39,510 nt of DNA from a virus (lineage: Duplodnaviria; Caudoviricetes). Position 1 is the stretch's first letter; the number at the start of each line of letters is the position of its first letter. Location: IMG/VR virus record IMGVR_UViG_3300032266_001227, positions 1 to 39,510 of that record; one strand, written 5' to 3'. The notes below the pieces were generated by a model. It saw only the letters and a program-made list of their open reading frames with translations, ran no database searches and was not told where the DNA came from. Positions 34,110 to 39,510 of this stretch are shown piece after piece. The translations under genes were made by a program, and so were the position numbers.

Positions 34110-34312
34110 GACCGCGCAAGCTCGTCCAGGATGCAGAGATCGAGCGCGTCATCACGCTCGCCCAGCGCCTCGGCCTGCCGATCGGCCCTATTGAAGTATC
34201 CACCACAAGCGTCACGATCCACCCGCCTGCGAATCGGGAACTCGGCGCTTATGACAAGTACAAGAAAGCGAGCGAGGCAGGTGACCGGACTTCACATCGT
34301 CGCCAAGCGTAA
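34106..34312 (+). CDS. Small protein upstream of the integrase (possible excisionase/RDF)
   Basis: 68 aa, overlaps the integrase start; function inferred from position only. Confidence 0.55.
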   Translation: MRPRKLVQDAEIERVITLAQRLGLPIGPIEVSTTSVTIHPPANRELGAYDKYKKASEAGDRTSHRRQA

Positions 34313-35282
34313 GCGCGGGCTCGTCCGCTACTATGTCTATGCCTGGCGCGGCGGGCCGCAGATCCACGCGCAGGATGATGTCCGCCCCGCGATCACCATG
34401 CAGCTCGTCGCCAAGGCGCAGGCCGCGCGCGATCAGGCTCGTGGCATCGATCCCGATACGCTCGAGGCGCTGATCACCGAATACCGCGCCAGCCCCGATT
34501 TCACGCGCCTCGCCCCATCCACGCAGCGCGACTATCGCCTGTGGCTCGATCGGATCTCGGCGAAGTTCGGCGATGCGCCGATCGATGCCTTTGACGATCC
34601 CCGCATGCGCGGCGATATCCTCGCCTGGCGCGACGAATGGGCAAAGCAGCCGCGCACGGCCGACAAGGCGAGCGTGATGATGGCAACGCTGCTCGGCTTC
34701 GGCGTGGAGCGCGGGCGACTCACTGTGAACCGCGCCGCCGGCATCAAGCAGTTGCACAGCGTCAACAAGGCAGACGAAGTGTGGGAAGATCGTCACTGGG
34801 CGGCGCTGGCGAAGGCCAAGGCGCCCGCGCACCTGATGGACGCGCTGCGCCTCGCCAGCTTTACCGGCCTGCGCCTCGGCGATCTGGTGGCGCTCGATTG
34901 GAGCCAGGTCGGCGAGAAGGCGATCATCCTCACCACGCACAAGCGCAAGGGCAGGGCGGTGATCCCGATTTTCCCCGAACTGCGCACGCACCTAGATGCA
35001 CGCGAGCACCGCACCGGCAAGGTGCTGCGCAACAGCCGCGGGGCAGGGTGGACCGAAAGCGGCCTCGGCAGTGTGTTCCAGAAAGCCAAGCCCGAAGGCT
35101 TCGACCGCACCATGCACGATCTGCGCGGCACGTACGTGACGTGGCTGGCGGTAAAGGGCCTGACCGATGAACAGATCGCCCGCATCGTCGGATGGACCGC
35201 CAAACGCATCGCCGAAATCCGCGCCCGCTACGTCGACGAAGCCCGCGTCGTGATCTCCCTGATCGAGCGCCTGAGCGCGTGA
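34281..35282 (+). CDS. int: Tyrosine integrase
   Basis: Likely GTG start after GAGG; TGLRLGDL (R), HKRK (K), HDLR, VGW, ARY (Y); attP lies downstream. Confidence 0.93.
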   Translation: MTGLHIVAKRKRGLVRYYVYAWRGGPQIHAQDDVRPAITMQLVAKAQAARDQARGIDPDTLEALITEYRASPDFTRLAPSTQRDYRLWLDRISAKFGDAPIDAFDDPRMRGDILAWRDEWAKQPRTADKASVMMATLLGFGVERGRLTVNRAAGIKQLHSVNKADEVWEDRHWAALAKAKAPAHLMDALRLASFTGLRLGDLVALDWSQVGEKAIILTTHKRKGRAVIPIFPELRTHLDAREHRTGKVLRNSRGAGWTESGLGSVFQKAKPEGFDRTMHDLRGTYVTWLAVKGLTDEQIARIVGWTAKRIAEIRARYVDEARVVISLIERLSA

Positions 35283-35288
35283 GCAGCA

Positions 35289-35690
35289 TCAGAGGGAGTT
35301 GATGTGCTCAATCTCTGCCAGAATTTCTGGGTGTGGCGCAAACCACTCACCATGAAGCCGGTGGGCTGAAAATCTGCTGTGGTAGGCCTGCTCCATCAAA
35401 AGGTTCCCCGGCCGAGCCGCAAGGATCGAAAGCTTGATCGGACTTGCCACCTGCAGCATTTTTACCCGCGCCTGCACTGAGCCAGCGATGCCGATTTTGA
35501 TCGCTATCGAAGCGTCACCAATGAAGTAGACGTACCTCTGCGCGCCAGTCGTCTCAAGGGTTCGGTCAAAGGCCTGATCCCAAGATGAGACCGGCGCCAC
35601 TGGCTTCGGATCAACACGACAAATGCGCCCCGTATCCGCATCAAAATGGCCAAGAAGCTTTCCATTGGCATAGATGGGTGGATGGTTCAA
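35289..35690 (-). CDS. GIY-YIG-like nuclease, T5orf172/MUG113 family
   Basis: YVYFI, IKIG, R...LQ, E...H..F...RLHGEWF motifs. Confidence 0.85.
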   Translation of the reverse strand: MNHPPIYANGKLLGHFDADTGRICRVDPKPVAPVSSWDQAFDRTLETTGAQRYVYFIGDASIAIKIGIAGSVQARVKMLQVASPIKLSILAARPGNLLMEQAYHSRFSAHRLHGEWFAPHPEILAEIEHINSL

Positions 35691-35706
35691 AGCAGACGCT
35701 TGCTCG

Positions 35707-35897
35707 GTTTACACCGCAACCTAAGTATTTGATCTGTCTGCACCATAAAACGCGGCAGTTTACAGTCAAGTAATTGAGGGACTTGGATTACACGAGAAAT
35801 CATAATCCGCGTGTCGGGGGTTCGAGTCCCTCCTCCGCTACCAGATTTCAATCACTTAGCTAATGGTCCGAGAGGCGGTTTACAGTCGAATGTAAAC
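35707..35897. promoter_or_regulatory. attP arm region: integrase arm-type and IHF-like sites
   Basis: GTTTACA at 35707, 35758, 35878 and inverted at 35891; IHF-like TCAA-N4-TTR at 35722-35734 (minus), about 35767-35779 (minus) and 35846-35858. Confidence 0.65.
35798..35843 (+). other. attP core = 3' half of tRNA-Met(CAT)
   Basis: AATCATAATCCGCGTGTCGGGGGTTCGAGTCCCTCCTCCGCTACCA has anticodon loop, T-arm and CCA; the upstream sequence cannot form the D-arm, acceptor stem or anticodon stem. Confidence 0.9.
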
Positions 35898-35918
35898 TTG
35901 TTGCCGGAAGGGTGCGCC

Positions 35919-36107
35919 ATGACGATGCCAGATGACGAGCTTTTGCAGCGCCTGCAGGGGCTGTTTAACCGGCTGAAGGACTTCCCCGAAGCTGGGCGGT
36001 GCGAGCATGGCGTGCACCTGAAGCCTGATGCCTTTGTCGCGTTTCTGGATCTGCGCCAGCTGGTCGAAAAGGAAGTGCTGCCAGCACTTCACCGGCGCCG
36101 TCAGTAG
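35919..36107 (+). CDS. Hypothetical protein next to att
   Basis: 62 aa, MTMPDDELLQRL..., purine-rich RBS GAAGGG; converges on the lipoprotein gene. Confidence 0.5.
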   Translation: MTMPDDELLQRLQGLFNRLKDFPEAGRCEHGVHLKPDAFVAFLDLRQLVEKEVLPALHRRRQ

Positions 36108-36403
36108 CAGCGCTTGAACCGGGGCGTGATCGGCTGCGAGCCTTTCTGGATCGTCACGGTGCTGCCGCTGCCTTCGGGGCGCACGGTGAAGCTGGCGAGC
36201 GTGGCGCCCAGCGGGGACTTTGCCAGCACTACCTTTGCGCCATCACGCTCCATTGCGGGTGCGCCGATCTTGTCTTGCAAACAGAACACCACGTCCTCGG
36301 CCGAGCGGGCAGAGTGAATCACGGCGAGCGGCGTCCGGCTTAGCACTGCGTTGGTCGAGGCGCAGCCAGCAAGCGCAAAAGTGAGCAACAAGGCTGATCG
36401 CAT
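36101..36403 (-). CDS. Small lipoprotein
   Basis: MRSALLLTFALAG-C lipobox signal peptide. Confidence 0.8.
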   Translation of the reverse strand: MRSALLLTFALAGCASTNAVLSRTPLAVIHSARSAEDVVFCLQDKIGAPAMERDGAKVVLAKSPLGATLASFTVRPEGSGSTVTIQKGSQPITPRFKRCY

Positions 36404-36490
36404 ATCGCCTTCTAGCATGAAGCGAGGCCCCTGCCTATCGGCCCCCTCTGCATTCAGAATAGGCGATGATTGGGGCTGGGCGCATGGGCT

Positions 36491-37084
36491 TCATGCCGCA
36501 TCTTTCAAGCAGACCGCGCGCTCGCGCTGGCGGCGCGCGGTGAGGCCCTTGACCGGCCGCAGCACGCCGCCCACGCGCGCCTTGTCCCAGCGCAGGAAGG
36601 CATCGCAGGCGGCGCGGATCCGGCCGGCGTCGACCAGCTTGCGCGCGCTCGATCCGCACCAGGCGCCGACACCGATGTTGTAGGCCATCGAGATCGCGGC
36701 AAAGCGCACGTTGTCGCGATGCGGCTTGTCGAGCGCGAGGCCGGGCGTGCAGTGCATCACGCCGGCGGCATGCTCCACTAGCGCGGCCTCGAGCAGCGCG
36801 GTGCACTGCGCAGGCGTGTAGGTCTGGCCGATCCGCACGCCCCTTGTGAGGCCGTCGCAGGCCGTCGGGATCCCGGCGATATCGAGATAGGCCTTCAGGT
36901 ACTGCGGGCCTGCGACGTGCGTCACGGTGGCCGTGCCCTCGACCTCAAAGCCGACCTCGACCTTACGGCCCGATTCTTCGGCCGGTACCGCCTTGAACAG
37001 CAGGCCCGCGGTGAAGATGCCTACCAGCGCGGCAAGCGTGCCCTTGCGCAGGCGCGAGGGCTGCGGCGGCGGCTCACTGGCCAT
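36491..37084 (-). CDS. Endolysin, GH24 lysozyme with N-terminal hydrophobic (SAR-like) segment
   Basis: AYLDIAGIPTACDG.T, AYNIG, W.KA and GLTARR..E...C motifs; N-terminal LAALVGIFTAGLLF. Confidence 0.92.
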   Translation of the reverse strand: MASEPPPQPSRLRKGTLAALVGIFTAGLLFKAVPAEESGRKVEVGFEVEGTATVTHVAGPQYLKAYLDIAGIPTACDGLTRGVRIGQTYTPAQCTALLEAALVEHAAGVMHCTPGLALDKPHRDNVRFAAISMAYNIGVGAWCGSSARKLVDAGRIRAACDAFLRWDKARVGGVLRPVKGLTARRQRERAVCLKDAA

Positions 37085-37307
37085 TGGGCTTGCTCAGGCT
37101 CGCTTGCGGCTTCGTACGCGCCCAGATCGGCAACACCGTCAGCACCACAAATGCGCCGATTGCGCGCAGCGGGGCGGGCAGTCCATCAAGGAGCTGCAGC
37201 GTCTCGTGCGGATAGCTGACAGCCACGCTGGCGATCGGCCCTGCCACGGCAGCCAGGCGCACGGAATTGTGGCGCGCCCAGAAGCGCACCTTTTCGATCA
37301 GGCTCAT
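37074..37307 (-). CDS. Putative holin
   Basis: 77 aa, two hydrophobic segments, W...SVRL...AR..PQ; overlaps the lysozyme start. Confidence 0.65.
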   Translation of the reverse strand: MSLIEKVRFWARHNSVRLAAVAGPIASVAVSYPHETLQLLDGLPAPLRAIGAFVVLTVLPIWARTKPQASLSKPNGQ

Positions 37308-37321
37308 AGGTTTGGTCCCTT

Positions 37322-37654
37322 TCAGGTGTCGGGATGATCCGGCGCGTCGGCCGGGAAGGCTTTCTTGAGCACGCTGCGCGCCCGCTCGAGCGCAGGGGCA
37401 TCGGGTTCATGCCGCTCGACCACGTTCATCACTTCGAACAAGGCCTGCGTAATCGCCATGATCAGCTTGCGATCGTCGCTGCGCTCGTGCTCCAGTTGCG
37501 CGATGCGCTTGTCTTGCCGCGCGCCGGCAAGGCCGAGCAGCCACCGCATGAAGCCGAGCGCCGTGACGCTGATGGCCAGCAGCACCCCGCCGCTGGGAAG
37601 CATGACGCCGAAGTCGCTGAGCACATGCTCCATGCCGCCTGTTTCGTTCGCCAT
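37322..37654 (-). CDS. Membrane-anchored coiled-coil protein of the lysis cassette
   Basis: Start MANETGG; one TM segment followed by DKRIAQLEHER. Confidence 0.6.
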   Translation of the reverse strand: MANETGGMEHVLSDFGVMLPSGGVLLAISVTALGFMRWLLGLAGARQDKRIAQLEHERSDDRKLIMAITQALFEVMNVVERHEPDAPALERARSVLKKAFPADAPDHPDT

Positions 37655-37655
37655 G

Positions 37656-39510
37656 TCAGAACGACCGGTTGATTTCGGCGCCGAGAATGCGCCCAAGCCG
37701 AGGCCCGCCGCCGCCGTTGCTAGCGGTCGAGGGCGTGGGATGCAGGCCATCGAGCGTCCACGTGACCTCTACAGCCGGCGTGCCAGACGTCGCGCTGGCA
37801 TTGCCATCGGTCAAAGCGTTGATGCCAGATCGCCCGCGCCAGTCGCAGAACGGAAGCTGATACGCCGCACAGAACGCGCGGATCGCATCGTCCATCTGCT
37901 GGCCGGTTACGCCCTGCGCATTGGCCGTGGCATCGGTGACCTTCAAATACCCCGGCGACCCGGCAATCCACACGCGGCCGGAGTAGGTTTTACCGGTGAA
38001 ACAGACCAGTACGTTCGGGTTCTTGGCATAGGCCTGATCAAGCAGCTTGCGCATCTTGCCAAAAGTCGAATTGGCCGCTGCGCTGTCCGTCACGCTGCCC
38101 AGGGGACGTGCTTCCGTACCCCACTCATTGGCCCCTTCGGTGATCACCAGAACGTCGGTTGCGGACAGATCCACGCCCGGCATCGTCGTATCGGCGAGAT
38201 AGCCGAAGTCCTTGCCGGATTGGCCATTGCTGAAAGACTGCACGCCGCCTGTCACCCGCAGCACTTCGGACTGATAATAGCCGTAGTTGGTAATTGAGTT
38301 GCCGAGGAATCCGATTCGCAGGCCTGCGCGCGGCAGCGGCGCATTGCCAGATGCAGGGCGGACACCGTACTGCTCGACCAAAATCGGCGTGTCGGTTCGA
38401 CCACCGATGTAGACTTTTCCAGCATTGGTCGGGATCGTGAGCTGATACTTGTCATAGGTCGCCGCCGCATAAGCGGGCTCGGCGGAAATGAACGCACCAC
38501 CCGCCGTGACATAGACGGCCAGCGCCATGCTTGAACCCGAAACGCGCGACGATACCCGCAGCGGCCCCGGCGTGGTGGTGAGGTCCACCAGCGTGTATCG
38601 GAAGCCCGTTGCCGCATTGATCGATGCATCGAAGCGGCTGACATAGAAATTGTCGACAGTCGTCAGGCCACCGACCGGATTCCAGCTTTTTGCCAGCTCG
38701 ATTGAGGCTTCCGCAGATGCGACCCGAGGCCCCAATGTCGCCCCAATCGATCCGACTTCGACCAGAATAGAAGCACTGGTGCGCCCGGTAACGTACATGT
38801 TGACCGCGCCCTCGGGCCGCGTGGCAATCGTGGTTGTGCTGACTACACTGGCACCCCCCTGTGCCTCGCGCCCGATGATCTCGCCGATCGCGTTGGTGTA
38901 GACGATCTGATACGAGCCAGTACCAGACATGGCGCTGGTGACGCGAATAGCGGCCTCGGCACCTGTCAGCGTGTAGACAGTCCAGCGATAGCTGGCACTG
39001 CTGGTCTGGCCGATTTGCGCCCAGAGTGTCGAATTGACGTAAGCCCCATCGGTCACCGTCAACCCGCTGACTGCGGTCCAGCTTTCGACCAGGCTCTTGT
39101 TGATGGCCGGGACATTCGGCGCGACGTTCTTGGCGATGTCCCACGCTTCACCGTACTGTGGGTCGAAAGCTCCCGAGGACTGCGAAGGGGCTACGGTCCC
39201 CACGCTGGCGAACACGCCCCCGACCTCGAACGCGCCCGACGACGACGAGACGGCTACGTCCATCATCGCAATCGCGCCGCTCGGGATGGCTGAAATCGCA
39301 ACCGTCACCACCGAAAGCCCGCCCGCAAAGGAGCCGGTGAAGGCTGAGCCCACGGCGGTGCCGCTGGCATCGCGGAACTGAACCGACAGCGACCCACCTG
39401 TTGCAGCCGAGTAGACCAGAAAAGACACGCGCATTGCTTCGCCAGCGCGGCGGCCCAAGCGGCTCCAATCCCAACGCTTGCGGAACTGCAATCCGCTGGC
39501 CAGTTGCGCG
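37656..39510 (-). CDS. Tail-associated protein with C-terminal SGNH/GDSL esterase (starts at 392 across the junction)
   Basis: Block I GNSIT, block II GQSG, block III GANE, block V DGLHP; two repeated beta-rich modules upstream. Confidence 0.85.
   Translation of the reverse strand, partial: AQLASGLQFRKRWDWSRLGRRAGEAMRVSFLVYSAATGGSLSVQFRDASGTAVGSAFTGSFAGGLSVVTVAISAIPSGAIAMMDVAVSSSSGAFEVGGVFASVGTVAPSQSSGAFDPQYGEAWDIAKNVAPNVPAINKSLVESWTAVSGLTVTDGAYVNSTLWAQIGQTSSASYRWTVYTLTGAEAAIRVTSAMSGTGSYQIVYTNAIGEIIGREAQGGASVVSTTTIATRPEGAVNMYVTGRTSASILVEVGSIGATLGPRVASAEASIELAKSWNPVGGLTTVDNFYVSRFDASINAATGFRYTLVDLTTTPGPLRVSSRVSGSSMALAVYVTAGGAFISAEPAYAAATYDKYQLTIPTNAGKVYIGGRTDTPILVEQYGVRPASGNAPLPRAGLRIGFLGNSITNYGYYQSEVLRVTGGVQSFSNGQSGKDFGYLADTTMPGVDLSATDVLVITEGANEWGTEARPLGSVTDSAAANSTFGKMRKLLDQAYAKNPNVLVCFTGKTYSGRVWIAGSPGYLKVTDATANAQGVTGQQMDDAIRAFCAAYQLPFCDWRGRSGINALTDGNASATSGTPAVEVTWTLDGLHPTPSTASNGGGGPRLGRILGAEINRSF
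39388..39510. repeat. Terminal direct repeat, copy 2
   Basis: Identical to bases 1-123. Confidence 0.97.

Noticed and set aside
35770-35843. Functional phage tRNA gene
   Set aside because: The 5' half is missing; GAGAA cannot pair with TCCGC to form the anticodon stem.

Overview
The window is a complete, circularly permuted genome (39,387 bp unique; bases 1-123 are repeated at 39388-39510) of a GC-rich temperate siphovirus. The host is most likely an alphaproteobacterium, probably Sphingomonadales; this is inferred from a GapR-like domain, the tRNA-Met attP and a REP-like repeat. The minus strand carries, in transcription order: cro/cII, beta-clamp, DnaG primase fused to a GapR-like domain, P4/D5 helicase, an iteron-type origin, a putative late regulator, HNH, terS/terL, HK97 portal/ClpP protease/capsid, neck, a tail module with a -1 frameshift chaperone, tape measure, tail tip, an Mtd-like fibre, an SGNH-esterase tail protein spanning the contig ends, and a holin/lysozyme cassette. 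The plus strand carries a short cI and an early operon (two ParB-fold proteins, MT-A70 methylase, DUF5131, thermonuclease, DUF4326, tyrosine integrase) leading to an intact attP made of the 3' half of a tRNA-Met. The most unusual signal is a 27-bp element built from overlapping GC-GNA-GC mini-hairpins (GGTTGCGGAGCGCAGCGAAGCAGAGCC). It occurs four times, always in frame inside unrelated genes (helicase, primase, ParB and an orphan) and in both orientations. All family assignments come from motif recognition by eye; no database searches were run.
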